From an uncultured Verrucomicrobiae bacterium (GTDB lineage Bacteria; Verrucomicrobiota; Verrucomicrobiia; Opitutales; JABDGR01), in assembly GCA_963765205.1 (NCBI GenBank), contig CAVXVB010000009.1, positions 544,001 to 608,000 of the forward strand: a stretch of 64,000 nucleotides of DNA, given 5' to 3'. The translations under genes were made by a program, and so were the position numbers. Positions 1-10,445 of this stretch are shown here, piece by piece (the stretch's first letter is position 1; every line of letters starts with the position of its first letter). Below the pieces are notes generated by a model, which made no database searches, was not told the origin of the DNA, and saw only the letters and a program-made list of their open reading frames with translations.

Positions 1-1809
1 GTCATCGGCGTGGTTATTGTGCCGCAGGACAGCATCGGCATCGTCAACAAGCGCTGGGTGCTCTTTGGCAAGAACCGCACGCTGCCCGACGGCGCCATCA
101 TCGCCCTCAAGGGCGAGGCGGGACTCCAGGCCGACACGCTGGCGCCGGGCATCCACTTCTGGCTCTGGCCGTGGAAGTTTGAAATCACCCGCCAGAAGTT
201 CATCAGCATTGACGAGGGCGAAATCGGCATTGTGGATTCGCGCGACGGCAAGCCGCTGTCGGGCGGGCGCGTGCTGGCCCGGCTTGTGCCGTGCGATTCG
301 TTCCAAAACGCCCGCGCCTTCCTCACCAATGGCGGCGAACGCGGCCCGCAAGTGGGCATCATCCCGCCCGGCACCTACCGCATCAACACGGGGCTTTTCA
401 CTATTACCGCCGAAAAGGTGCTCGAAATCCCCGACAACATGGTCGGCATCGTCACCACCAAGGAGGGCACGCCGCTGCGCACCGGCGAAATCGCGGGCAA
501 GGAAATCCCAGGCCACAATTCGTTCCAGGACGGCCAGACCTTTATTGACAACGGCGGCTTCAAGGGCCTGCAGGAGCAAGTCATGCTCGCGGGGCGCTAC
601 TTCCTCAACCCGCGCTTTGCCACGGTCGAAATTCGCAACATGACGGAGGTGCCCATCGCCTACGCCGGCGTGGTCATCGCCTATGTGGGCGAGCCGGGTG
701 TGGATGTCACGGGCGATTCGTTCAAGCATGGCAATTTGGTGGACAAGGGCAAGAAAGGCGTATGGGTCGAGCCGTTGGACCCCGGCAAATATCCGATTAA
801 TCCCTACACGCACAAAGTCGAAAACGTCCCCACCGCCAACGTCGTCCTTAATTGGGCCACCGGGAAATCGGAGGCGCACAAACTCGACGCCAACCTCTCG
901 ACCATCACGGTGCGCTCGTCGGACGGCTTTAAGTTCAATCTGGATGTGAGCCAGATCATCCACATTCCGCGCATTGACGCCCCGCGCGTCATCGCCCGGA
1001 TGGGGAGCATGTTGAATCTTGTCACGCAGGTGCTCGAACCGACCATCGGCAACTATTTCCGCAACGCCGCCCAAGGCTCCGACGTCATTGACTTCCTCCG
1101 CATGCGCGCCGAGCGCCAGGCCGACGCCAAGAACCGCATCTCCGCCGCCCTCCAGGAATATAATGTCGGCGCGGTGGACACCCTCATCGGCGATATCACG
1201 CCGCCCGAGGAATTAATGAAGCCGTTGACCGACCGCAAAATCGCCGAGCAGGAAAAAGTCACCTACGAAACGCAACGCCTCGCGGAGCAAACCCGCAAGG
1301 AACTCCAGCAAGCCCGCGCGCTGGCCGACACCCAGGCGAAGGTTGTGGACGCCGAACGGCGCGTGCAAATCGCCGACTTCGACGCCCAGTCCACCGTCAA
1401 GCAATCGGAAGGCTCCGCGCGCTCGAAAATCATCAACGCCGAAGGCGACGCCAAGGCGAAGACGACCAACGCCGACGCCGACGCAAAAGTCCTGCAAATG
1501 GTCGGCGCGGCCGAAGCCAGCAAGACCAAGCTGGTCGGCACGGCGGAAGCGGATGTTATCAAGCTAAAGATCGAATCCATGCAGTCGGGCAACTACGCGG
1601 GCATCGAAATCGCAAAAGCCCTGGCCAGCAGCGGCCGGAAACTCGTGCCCGACATCGTCGCCACCAGCGGTGGTAACGGCGGCGGGCTGGCCGGCAACGG
1701 CTCCCTCGTCGAAGTCCTTCTCGCCAGCATTATCCGCGACCAGTTGCAAAAGAGGGCGGGGGAGGGGTCGGCACCCTCAAAGCCTGACGAGGATGCAGGG
1801 GATAAGTAG
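1..1809 (+). CDS. SPFH/band-7 (flotillin-like) domain protein, 5'-truncated by window
   Basis: Frame open from base 1; repeated G..G.Q...L.PG.Y..N units, SPFH core (ITVRSSDGFKFNLDV...EPTIGNYFRN), Ala/Glu-rich coiled-coil tail. Confidence 0.85.
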   Translation, partial: VIGVVIVPQDSIGIVNKRWVLFGKNRTLPDGAIIALKGEAGLQADTLAPGIHFWLWPWKFEITRQKFISIDEGEIGIVDSRDGKPLSGGRVLARLVPCDSFQNARAFLTNGGERGPQVGIIPPGTYRINTGLFTITAEKVLEIPDNMVGIVTTKEGTPLRTGEIAGKEIPGHNSFQDGQTFIDNGGFKGLQEQVMLAGRYFLNPRFATVEIRNMTEVPIAYAGVVIAYVGEPGVDVTGDSFKHGNLVDKGKKGVWVEPLDPGKYPINPYTHKVENVPTANVVLNWATGKSEAHKLDANLSTITVRSSDGFKFNLDVSQIIHIPRIDAPRVIARMGSMLNLVTQVLEPTIGNYFRNAAQGSDVIDFLRMRAERQADAKNRISAALQEYNVGAVDTLIGDITPPEELMKPLTDRKIAEQEKVTYETQRLAEQTRKELQQARALADTQAKVVDAERRVQIADFDAQSTVKQSEGSARSKIINAEGDAKAKTTNADADAKVLQMVGAAEASKTKLVGTAEADVIKLKIESMQSGNYAGIEIAKALASSGRKLVPDIVATSGGNGGGLAGNGSLVEVLLASIIRDQLQKRAGEGSAPSKPDEDAGDK

Positions 1810-1896
1810 TTTTTGATAGCGTATCGTTATCGGCCCATTTTTCGCATGGCCATCCGTCTATACAATAAAATGGAATGGATTCTAACTGTTTAATTT

Positions 1897-2055
1897 ATGT
1901 CTATCACGCTCAAACGTCAATTAAACGATGAAGAGAAAGCTATTGTGCTAAAGACACATGGCAGAAAATGTTTTGCCAATGGCCACACGATTCCTGAAGG
2001 AGAGCCCCGGAATAAGCCCCTAGCTTTGAAGATTGTTCTTGCCAGACGCATATAA
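1897..2055 (+). pseudogene. 52-codon AT-rich ORF, probable N-terminal remnant of an HNH-endonuclease-type gene
   Basis: MSITLKRQLNDEEKAIVLKTHGRKCFANGHTIPEGE resembles the start of HNH proteins but lacks the following DH motif; low GC. Confidence 0.4.
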
Positions 2056-2068
2056 TCCTATGCAGAAT
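2039..2068 (+). promoter_or_regulatory. hicAB promoter with palindromic operator
   Basis: TTGCCA-N18-CAGAAT, 5 nt before GTG; GCATA-N6-TATGC palindrome at 2048-2063. Confidence 0.5.
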
Positions 2069-2073
2069 AGGTC

Positions 2074-2319
2074 GTGAACAAAGCAGACAAGTTGAAGGCG
2101 AGGCTGTTGGCCGGGCCAGGCTATCATAATTTTGCTTTTTCCGACGCCGTCTTGCTCCTAAACAGTCTTGGGTTTGCCTTCGACCATATACGGGGCGGCC
2201 ACCACTGGTTCAAGCATCCACGCATTCCCCAGCCAGTCAATCTCCAGCCTATTCAGGGCCAATGCAAGCCTTACCAACTTCGCCAAATCCGTGACATCAT
2301 CCGGGAGCATAACCTATGA
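2074..2319 (+). CDS. hicA: HicA-family toxin
   Basis: 81 aa, LGF...GGHHWFKHP...NLQP..GQCKPYQLRQI; ATGA overlap with next gene. Confidence 0.85.
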   Translation: MNKADKLKARLLAGPGYHNFAFSDAVLLLNSLGFAFDHIRGGHHWFKHPRIPQPVNLQPIQGQCKPYQLRQIRDIIREHNL

Positions 2320-2723
2320 AAACCCGCAAAAAATTCAAAACGCCTTCCGCCATCTACCCGGTGGTCATCGAATATAGCGCCGAGGACGAGGGTTTCGTCG
2401 CCCGTGTGCCGGCGCTCAAATACTGCTCGGCTTGGGGGGAGACCTACGAGCAGGCCGCCCATGAAATTGAGATCGCCATGGAGGGCTGGCTTGCATCCGC
2501 CAAGGTCCATGGCACGCCGATTCCCCCGCCCATCAAGAATGCCCAACTGAGCACCGCTGCCGAATTGCTTAACTTGACGGCCTTGGCCCGCGAGGCCGGC
2601 ATTCCGGCGCAAACCTTGTTTGCCAAGCTGCGTCGGGGAACGACCTTGAAATCGGGCGAAGCCCTGGCCATCGCCCGGGCGCTTAATGAAGCGGGACTTC
2701 ACCTCGTGGCCAAAGCAGGTTAA
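2316..2723 (+). CDS. hicB: HicB-family antitoxin with C-terminal HTH
   Basis: YPVVIEYSAEDEGFVARVPAL..CSAWGETYEQA...G.PIPPP, then LNLTALAREAGIPAQTL HTH. Confidence 0.85.
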   Translation: MKTRKKFKTPSAIYPVVIEYSAEDEGFVARVPALKYCSAWGETYEQAAHEIEIAMEGWLASAKVHGTPIPPPIKNAQLSTAAELLNLTALAREAGIPAQTLFAKLRRGTTLKSGEALAIARALNEAGLHLVAKAG

Positions 2724-2740
2724 GGTGCGCCGCAAAAATG

Positions 2741-2835
2741 CACCGCCAAGACGCGAAGGGCGCGAAGGAATTAATTCTGACAATTCTGTAATTCTGGCAA
2801 AAAACTTTCTTGGCGCGCTTCGCGCCTTTGCGGTG
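2741..2835. repeat. Palindromic element built from 9-bp units
   Basis: caccgccaagacgcgaagggcgcgaag ... cttggcgcgcttcgcgcctttgcggtg. Confidence 0.7.
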
Positions 2836-2846
2836 AATCATACCGC

Positions 2847-3269
2847 TCAGCGCCAGCCGCCGCGGATGAAGACGTTGACACCGTTGCGATTCTCGTAGTG
2901 ATGGGGCACCCAGACCGCGCCGGGACGCGGCGGGTAGGCCCAGCGCCCAGCCGCCCAAACCCAGCGGCCATTCCATTCCCACGCGCCGGGGATCCAGACA
3001 TAGCCCACGGCGGGCGGGGCGGTGACTACCTCCACCAAGGGCGCGGGTGGGGCCGAATCAACGACGATTTCCGTTCCGACGGGATAGGCTGGTTGTTCCA
3101 CCACGACAGGTGGCGGGGGCTGGCGCACGATCACCTCCCGGCGGGGATAGACCACGCAAGCGCCCAATAAAAGCGCGCCTGCCGCCGCCAGCAACGCAGG
3201 CCGTAGCGGGCGGGCGATTAAGGAAAGCTTTTTTGAGCGAGCGAGGAAAGAGGGTGATTGGGCATGCAT
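2847..3269 (-). CDS. YXWGXW-repeat lipoprotein
   Basis: Lipobox LLGAC; GYVWIPGAWEWNGRWVWAAGRW and VWVPHHY repeats. Confidence 0.8.
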   Translation of the reverse strand: MHAQSPSFLARSKKLSLIARPLRPALLAAAGALLLGACVVYPRREVIVRQPPPPVVVEQPAYPVGTEIVVDSAPPAPLVEVVTAPPAVGYVWIPGAWEWNGRWVWAAGRWAYPPRPGAVWVPHHYENRNGVNVFIRGGWR

Positions 3270-3449
3270 GGCGGGCCTCCGGATTTTAGGGTTTAAGGAC
3301 AATCGCTGGTAACAACATAGAGACATCTGGCCACATTCGCAAGTTTCCTGGCGTCGCCAATGACAGATTAATTGGGCGTTTTTTACAGGGAATTCACAAA
3401 CGAATTCGGACTGTTCGAGCTTTAATGTTTTCCAAAAGAAGTGGTCGGT

Positions 3450-5246
3450 TCACGCCGTCAGCCCGCTGCCGCTGATTTTGAAGCCATAGACGTAGTTGCC
3501 GACTTTTTGGTCGGGGAGGGTAACATTCAAGCCTTTGGCATCGCGAGTGAAGACCAGCGGGGCGCCGACGCCGATGATTTCCACGCGCTCGACCTTGCCT
3601 GGCGCCGTCGGCGCGCCGTCGGCGAGGGATTTAATGACGAGCTTGCCGTCCGCCGGCCAGTCCATCACGAAGGCATAGAGCGTTTCACCTTTTTGCATAA
3701 AGCGGAAGTCCTGCGCCGTGTATGACGGCGGCGGGGTGTTGCCGCGGCGGCCGCCCACGCCGTTGCCGGCGGCGGGCGCACTGGAGCCTTCGCCAAAGAC
3801 CCGCCAAGGGCGGGTGGCGTAAATGCCCTCGTTGTTCCGGTCCATCCAAGTGGTGAAGTCGGCGATGATGGCCAATTCGTCGGCGTCGGGCTGGCCATGG
3901 CCAGGCAGGGGGATGTTGAGCATGAGGTTGCCGTTCTTGCTCGCGTTGTCCACGAGCATGCGGGCGATGTCGCGCGCATTTTTGTAGTCGTGCTTGGTAA
4001 GGTGTTTGATGTCGTAATGCCAGGAACCAATACAAGTGTCCGTTTGCCAAGGCTCGGGGCGGATGGCATTGGCCCCACCGCGTTCAATGTCCATGACGAG
4101 GGCCTGGCTCTGTTGCAGATTCAGCCCTTTGCCCGTCAGCACGCAATCGAGGCGGCCTTTATTAAGCTTTAAATTGTGATTGTAGAAGTAGGCGGCGATG
4201 CGCAGGCCGATGTCCGACATGGGGTAATGGGGCAAGACCGTGTCGTCGAAATAGAGCAGATCCGGATTGTGCTTGTTGATGAGGTCAATGATGCGATTAA
4301 AGAACTTTTCACTGAATTCTTTGGCCACTGGCGGGGTCGTTCCGCTGGCCGCGCCGCCTCTCCGGCCACCCTGCGGGCTGAGTTCCCAATCGTAATTGCC
4401 GAGGGTGTGATACTGCGCGTAGTAATCCTGGGGGTCGAGACCTTCCCACCACAAACCCTTGCCGTCGGCCTTGGACATTTGGCCATCGTAGGGGACCCCT
4501 GCATAAGGGCCCATCGTGTCCCCCTTCTGGGAGTCCTCATACCAGCTCCAAGCCCGGTCGCCATGGCTGGAGATGGCGAATTTCAATCCCGCGGCACGCA
4601 CGGCTTTTTCCCAGCCGCCCACCAGGCTCTTTTTCGGCCCGATGGCGATGGAGTTCCATGGCTGATAGGTGGAATCGAACATGTCGAAGTTGTCATGGTG
4701 GTGGGCCATGCACATGAAGTATTTGGCGCCGGCGCGTTTGTAGAGGCCGATGAGGTGTTCGGGGTCCCATTTTTCCGCCTTGAACAGCGGCAGGATGTCC
4801 TTGAACCCAAACTTGGAAGGGTGGCCATAGTGCTCGACGTGGAATTTATGGACCGGGTGGTTTTCCTGATAGATATACTGCGCATACCAGTCGCCCTGTT
4901 CGGGCACGCATTGCGGACCCCAATGCGCCCACATGCCGAATTTGGCGTCGCGAAACCAGTCGGGCGCGGATTTATAATTTTGGAGCGAATCGAAATTCGG
5001 TTGAAAGGGCCCTTCCATCTCGCCAAAACCCGGGGGAGGCACAATCGGCGCCGGAGCGGGCGGCATGGGGCGTGGCACAACGGCCACGGGAGCGGCCGTG
5101 GCCGAGTCGGCGGCGGAGGCGGCAGCCGGAGCCGCGGTGGCGGCCGCATTGGCGGCGGAGAGTTTGGTCAAGAGGCGGGGAGCGGCCAGGCTGGCAGCGG
5201 CTGCGAGGGTGGTTTGCTGAATGAATTTGCGACGATGGAGGGACAT
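3450..5246 (-). CDS. Alpha-L-fucosidase (GH29), Tat-exported
   Basis: HRRKFI Tat motif; PDWFRDAKFGMWAHWG, AHHHDNFDMFDS, LYFD, SKNGNLMLNIP. Confidence 0.9.
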   Translation of the reverse strand: MSLHRRKFIQQTTLAAAASLAAPRLLTKLSAANAAATAAPAAASAADSATAAPVAVVPRPMPPAPAPIVPPPGFGEMEGPFQPNFDSLQNYKSAPDWFRDAKFGMWAHWGPQCVPEQGDWYAQYIYQENHPVHKFHVEHYGHPSKFGFKDILPLFKAEKWDPEHLIGLYKRAGAKYFMCMAHHHDNFDMFDSTYQPWNSIAIGPKKSLVGGWEKAVRAAGLKFAISSHGDRAWSWYEDSQKGDTMGPYAGVPYDGQMSKADGKGLWWEGLDPQDYYAQYHTLGNYDWELSPQGGRRGGAASGTTPPVAKEFSEKFFNRIIDLINKHNPDLLYFDDTVLPHYPMSDIGLRIAAYFYNHNLKLNKGRLDCVLTGKGLNLQQSQALVMDIERGGANAIRPEPWQTDTCIGSWHYDIKHLTKHDYKNARDIARMLVDNASKNGNLMLNIPLPGHGQPDADELAIIADFTTWMDRNNEGIYATRPWRVFGEGSSAPAAGNGVGGRRGNTPPPSYTAQDFRFMQKGETLYAFVMDWPADGKLVIKSLADGAPTAPGKVERVEIIGVGAPLVFTRDAKGLNVTLPDQKVGNYVYGFKISGSGLTA

Positions 5247-5493
5247 GGGGGTAGGGGTGGGGGGTGGGGGGATGGGGGAATAAACTGGGTTAAAAATGAG
5301 ACGGAAGTTTGCAAGTTTCAAATGGAAAAACGAACCACGGTAGCCCGCGCGAAAGATGGCAGGCGTGGGACGCGATCGTGGCAGTATGATGATCACAAGA
5401 AGAACGACAGGAAGTAATCCAAAAAAGGTTTGCCAATTGACCCCACCCGCAACCCTCACCAATCTCAAAGAACAAAATTTGCTCCGTTTGGAG

Positions 5494-6886
5494 ATGCCCA
5501 TGATATCGCTTGAACAGATTAACCTACCTGACTTCGGCAAACCGGCCGCGCTGCCGGCCATCAGCGCCGCAGAGTATGGAGAGCGTCTGGGCCGGATGAT
5601 GGAGCGGATGCAAAAGGAAAAGCTCGACGTGGTGGTGATTTACGCGGATCGCGAACATTTCGGCCAACCTGAACTACCTGATCGGGTTCGACCCGCGATT
5701 TGAGGAAGCTTTGCTGCTGTTGGACACGAAAGGTGGGCGGCTCCTGCTCGTGGGAAACGAGTGCATGGGTTGCTTGCCGGAGGCCGCGCGTGGGTGCCGG
5801 GTCAAGTTGTTCCAAGAGTTCAGCCTGATGGGGCAGCCGCGGGATGGGTCGGCGTCGCTGAATATGTTGCTCGCGGATTTCGGCCTCGGCCGCGGCGTCA
5901 GGGTTGGATGCGTGGGATGGAAATTTTTTGCCGGGGCGAACATCGAGCACCCGCGCACAGCCCTTGAAATCCCGAGCTATATCGTGGATGCGCTGCGCGC
6001 CCTGGTCGGCGATCCGGCCCAGGTGGTCAATGCCAATTCACTTTTGATGTCGGCTGAAAACGGGCTGCGGCTGTTCAACTCAGCGGACCAGATTGCCCGG
6101 TTCGAATATGCGGCGGCGTATGTTTCCACAAGTGTCCGCGAGGCGCTGGCAGCGCTGCGGGTGGGCATCGCGGAAAAGGACGTGGCCCGCCATATTGACT
6201 GCGGCGGGTTGCCGCTGTCCTGCCACCCGATGGTCAGCTTTGGCGAGAAGGCGCGTCGCGGACTTGCTAGCCCTTCAGACCGCCGGGCGCAATTGGGTGA
6301 TGCGTTTACGATGGCCTTTGGCATTGAAGGAGCATTGACGGCGCGAGCGGGCGTAATTGCATCCGGGCCAGACGAACTCGGCGCGGAGTTACGGGATTTC
6401 TACCCGCGGTTGGTGGCCAATTATTTCGAAGTGGTCGTGGCCTGGTATGAAGCGATGAAAGTCGGCGCGGTGGCCGGAGACGTGTTCGCCGCCGTCGAAA
6501 CAGCCCGCGCGCCCGCGTTGTTTTCATTCGCCCTTAACCCGGGGCACTACATTCACCTCGACGAGTGGGTGCATTCGCCGTTTGCCCGGGGCAGCCGCGT
6601 GGTGTTGCTGTCCGGCATGGCTTTGCAGTCGGACATCATTCCTGTTTCAGCCGGGCCATTCTGCTGCAGCAATGCGGAGGACGGAGTTGCGCTAGCCGAT
6701 GAGGTGTTGTGCGCCGAGCTGGCCGCGTGCCATCCCGACTGCTGGCGCAGGATTGCCGCCCGGCGGCAGTTCATGCGCGAAGTGCTGGGGATCAAGTTAC
6801 ATGACAGCGTGCTGCCCTTGAGCAACACTCCGGCCTGGCTGGCACCGTATGCATTAGCGCCGGGACTGGTGCTGCGGGTGGGCTGA
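5494..6886 (+). CDS. M24/Xaa-Pro aminopeptidase-like protein, frameshift near 5662
   Basis: VIYADREHF continues in another frame as ANLNYLIGFDPRFEEALLLL; LNPGHYIHLDEW, EDGVALAD. Confidence 0.7.
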
Positions 6887-6989
6887 GACTGGTTGCGGCG
6901 GAGCGTTTTGCCGGCGCAAGCCGGGCCATGGCAAGGAAATTGATTTGTTTAGAATTGGGATTATAGAGATTAAAAATCCAACTCGATTA

Positions 6990-7625
6990 TTATAATGGGC
7001 CATCCTTCAAATACCATTTGCCGTTGATTTTGATAAAAGTAACGGGGTCCGCGTTGCCGCCGACCGCAAAGCCCCCATCAGTTGACGGGATAATTCCCTG
7101 TTTCAAATAAGTGGCTTCGTTGCCCGTGTCGTTAAAAGTCGGGGTCTGGTATTCAAGGGCTTCCCAAGACCGTGCAATCGTGTCGCGAAGTTGTTGCACA
7201 GACTGTTGCATTTCCGAAATCTGGGCACTTCGCTCGTCGTCATCCTGCATTGCTTGATAGAGAACGGGTTCAAATTTGTCCGGCGGGGCGTAAATTCTAT
7301 AGGCCTCGGCCTGATTGCCAGCCCGATGCAAACGCGCAACGTCCGCGAGAGAGGTTTTCAAATCCGCCTGAGGGTCTGCTTCAGCAGCCAAAGTCGGTGT
7401 GGCGGCGACTGGCACGGCGTCGGGTTTCGGCATGGGCGGCACAACGGGTGGGGCAATCGTCTGAGGCGCGACATGCTTGGGGGTAGCATCAGCCTTACCC
7501 AGCGTCGGCGCTTCTGCTGTCCTTTCTGGGGCAGCCACCGTAGGCCAAGTGCCCCACCAGATACCGAGGCAAACGATAACTACGGCAACGATGACAGTGA
7601 CCAAGATGAAGTTTTTCGGCTTCAT
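6990..7625 (-). CDS. MKPKNF-family membrane-anchored/exported protein, copy 1
   Basis: N-terminal TM segment, Pro/Ala linker, C-terminal PVTFIKINGKWYLK; paralogous to 31045 and 57179. Confidence 0.8.
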   Translation of the reverse strand: MKPKNFILVTVIVAVVIVCLGIWWGTWPTVAAPERTAEAPTLGKADATPKHVAPQTIAPPVVPPMPKPDAVPVAATPTLAAEADPQADLKTSLADVARLHRAGNQAEAYRIYAPPDKFEPVLYQAMQDDDERSAQISEMQQSVQQLRDTIARSWEALEYQTPTFNDTGNEATYLKQGIIPSTDGGFAVGGNADPVTFIKINGKWYLKDGPL

Positions 7626-7729
7626 GGGGCCTTTTCTAATCCCTTTTGATTGAGGAACGCAAACACTTCCAAATCTCCGGCGACGTGAGATGGCGCCGGG
7701 GTTTCGCAGAAAACTTTAAACCACCAGGA

Positions 7730-8632
7730 TTATTTTGTGACCAAAAACTTGCGGTCGCGCAGCCAGCCGTAAAACATTTGCGGCCATTCCGCCCGGACAT
7801 CCGTATAGGAGGGACGCAGGCCGAAGCCGTGGCCGATGCCCGCGAGGATGTGCAAATCCACGGGTACGCCGGCTTTTTTAAACAGCAGGTAAACATTGGG
7901 CAGGCCTTCGGAGATGTCGGGCCGGTCGGCGCCGCCACACAGGAGAAAGGCCGGGGGCGAGTCTTTATCCGGCTGGATGGCTTTGGAATTGCCGGGGTAG
8001 AACAAGCCTTGGAAGGCCGGCTTGGTGCCCTGGCGCTCAATCGGGTCGGGGTCGTCGGGCTTGCCATTATCATAGCGCATCGAAATCATCGCGGCGAGTT
8101 CCCCGCCCGCGGAAAAACCCATCACGCCGAGGCGCGCCGGGTCAATTTCCCAGTCTGCCGCCCGGGAGCGCACGAGGCGCATGGCGCGGGCAACGTTGTT
8201 GTATTCGTCTTTTTCCACAGTGTAGGGTTGGCCGGTGTCCTCCGTGGGTCGGGTGGCGCGCGGGGCCAGGCGGGCCAGGCGGTTTTTCAACACAAACGCC
8301 GAAATGCCGTGGTCGGCCAGCCATTGCGCGACGTAGCAGCCTTCGGAGTCGAACGACAACTGGTAGTGTCCACCGCCCGGCATTACGATCACACCCGCGC
8401 CGGTGGCTTTATCCTTGGCGGGCAGAAAAATAGTCAGGCTGGGAAAATTCACATTGGTGATGACGCGTTCGCCAGTACGGGCGTCCGTGGCGACTTTTTC
8501 CGGGGAAGTGTTGCCTTCAGAGCCGGGGGCGCCGTTGGGCCACAATAAAACAACGGGCGGGGCGTCCGCGGCGCGAACGTTCAACAGGAGCAAAGCCAGG
8601 GCGGCGAATAACAAAGCGGGGGTTTTTTTCAT
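7730..8632 (-). CDS. Secreted alpha/beta-hydrolase (carbohydrate esterase-like)
   Basis: Signal peptide; PGGG, GFSAGG nucleophile elbow, GHGFG. Confidence 0.85.
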   Translation of the reverse strand: MKKTPALLFAALALLLLNVRAADAPPVVLLWPNGAPGSEGNTSPEKVATDARTGERVITNVNFPSLTIFLPAKDKATGAGVIVMPGGGHYQLSFDSEGCYVAQWLADHGISAFVLKNRLARLAPRATRPTEDTGQPYTVEKDEYNNVARAMRLVRSRAADWEIDPARLGVMGFSAGGELAAMISMRYDNGKPDDPDPIERQGTKPAFQGLFYPGNSKAIQPDKDSPPAFLLCGGADRPDISEGLPNVYLLFKKAGVPVDLHILAGIGHGFGLRPSYTDVRAEWPQMFYGWLRDRKFLVTK

Positions 8633-8727
8633 GGGGGTGGTAGGGTAGAGCGGTATGTTCCAAATCAACCGGGCGCGCTGCAATACCTATTTTAACGCTC
8701 ATTCGGCGTAGTCATGGCGCATCTGGA

Positions 8728-9396
8728 TTGCCGGCCCAGCAGTTGGTTTGCCTGGGAAATCTTGCGAAAAACGCCGGTTGTTCAACCTTCTTGCCTTTGC
8801 CCCATATTCGCATACCGTTTTCTGAATCGGACCCAAACACCAACGAGGTGCTGGACATCTTTAAAAAGACGGGCGCGCTGCTCGAGGGGCACTTTGTCCT
8901 CCGCTCGGGGTTGCACAGCGGGCACTACTTTCAGTGTGCCCAAGTGTGCCAGAGCATGGAAGCCGTCACACGGTTATGCCAGATGCTGTTGGCGAAATTC
9001 GGGCGGGAGGACTTTGCCACGGTATTGGCGCCGGCGATGGGCGGACTCGTTCTCGGACAGGAAGTTGCCCGCCAGGCGAACAAGCGTTTTTTGTTTGCCG
9101 AGAAGGTGGACGACAAACTGGCATTGCGCCGTAATTTTAAATTTGCGCCGGGCGAGCGCGTGCTCGTGGTCGAGGATGTCATCACCCGTGGCGGGCGCGT
9201 GCAGGAATGTCTCGACTTGATCACCCAGGCCGGTGCCACGCCCGTCGGTGTGCTGGTGCTCGTGGATCGCAGCGAGGGGCAGGCCCGCTTTTCCATCCCG
9301 CACGTCTCGCTCCTCGAAATGAGTTTCCCCACCTATGCGCCCAACCAACTCCCGCCCGCGCTCGCCGCGCGGCCGGTGCAAAAACCGGGCAGTTGA
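8728..9396 (+). CDS. pyrE: Orotate phosphoribosyltransferase (true start uncertain, likely downstream)
   Basis: GALLEGHFVLRSGLHS..Y.QCA; VLVVEDVITRGG PRPP motif. Confidence 0.9.
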   Translation: MPAQQLVCLGNLAKNAGCSTFLPLPHIRIPFSESDPNTNEVLDIFKKTGALLEGHFVLRSGLHSGHYFQCAQVCQSMEAVTRLCQMLLAKFGREDFATVLAPAMGGLVLGQEVARQANKRFLFAEKVDDKLALRRNFKFAPGERVLVVEDVITRGGRVQECLDLITQAGATPVGVLVLVDRSEGQARFSIPHVSLLEMSFPTYAPNQLPPALAARPVQKPGS

Positions 9397-9399
9397 TCC

Positions 9400-10263
9400 A
9401 TGTTCAAACAAATCACCATTCTCGGCCCCGGTCTGCTGGGCGCTTCGCTGCTGCAGGCGGCGAAGGGCCGCGGCCTCTGCGAGCGCACGGCCGCCTGGTC
9501 GCGCCGCGCCGAAACCCGCGCCAAGTGCGAGGGCCAGCCGTGGTGCGACGCTGTTTTTGCCGACGCGGGCAAAGCAGTGGCCAAAGCGGACTTTGTGGTT
9601 GTTTGCACGCCGGTGGATACCATCGTGCCGCTGCTGGGCGAAATTGCGTCCATGCTGAAGAAAGGCGCGCTGGTGACGGATGTCGGCTCGACTAAAAGCC
9701 TCATTTGCCGGCTGGGCCGCGCCGCGCTGCCGAAAAAAGTCGCGTTCGTCGGCTCGCACCCGATGGCTGGCTCGGAGAAAGGCGGCCTCGAACACGCTGA
9801 CCCCGAGCTATTCCAAGGCCGCGCCTGTTTTGTCACCCCGCTGGTGGACACGCCAGCTAAGGACGTGGACCGCGTGACGCGTTTTTGGAAGGCGCTCGGT
9901 ATGGAAGTCTCCACCACCACGCCGGAAACGCATGACGAAATCGCCGCGCACCTGAGCCATCTGCCACATTTGCTCGCCGCCGCTTTTTGTGCCTACCTCG
10001 GTACGCGCGACCCGCACTGGATCCATTTCGCCGGGCCGGGCCTGCGCGACACCACGCGCGTCGCCGCCGGCGACCCGGCGCTGTGGAAAGCCATCGCCCT
10101 CGAAAACCGCGAAGAGATTCTGCGCGCCCTCGATGGTTTTCAAAAGGAAGTGGACCACCTGCGCGCCGCCCTGCACAACGCGCAACCATTTGCACTCCAG
10201 CACCTCCTCGAACGCGGCCGCGACTACCGCGTGCGCCTGCGGCCCCTCGGGGGGAAAGGATGA
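9400..10263 (+). CDS. tyrA: Prephenate/arogenate dehydrogenase
   Basis: GPGLLGAS, TDVGSTK, HPMAGSE, HD..A..SHLPH, RDTTRVA. Confidence 0.9.
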   Translation: MFKQITILGPGLLGASLLQAAKGRGLCERTAAWSRRAETRAKCEGQPWCDAVFADAGKAVAKADFVVVCTPVDTIVPLLGEIASMLKKGALVTDVGSTKSLICRLGRAALPKKVAFVGSHPMAGSEKGGLEHADPELFQGRACFVTPLVDTPAKDVDRVTRFWKALGMEVSTTTPETHDEIAAHLSHLPHLLAAAFCAYLGTRDPHWIHFAGPGLRDTTRVAAGDPALWKAIALENREEILRALDGFQKEVDHLRAALHNAQPFALQHLLERGRDYRVRLRPLGGKG

Positions 10264-10443
10264 AGGATGAGGGATGAAGGATAATAAAGCCTGCGTTGGC
10301 CGCCGCGCCCAACGCACCGCCCGCATTATCATAGAACACAATCGCTGATGATTACGGGAACTTTTCATCCTTCATAATTCATCCTTCATCCCTCATCCTT
10401 CATCCCTCATCCCTCATCCCTCATCCCTCATCCTTCATCCTTT
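10258..10443. repeat. Inverted heptamer arrays (GGATGAA / TTCATCC)
   Basis: About 3 forward units and about 11 reverse-complement units flank a spacer between tyrA and aroA. Confidence 0.85.
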
Positions 10444-10445
10444 CC

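Noticed and set aside
6930..6960. IS terminus after MKPKNF copy 1
   Set aside because: aattctaaacaaatcaatttcc is only weakly similar to the other two termini
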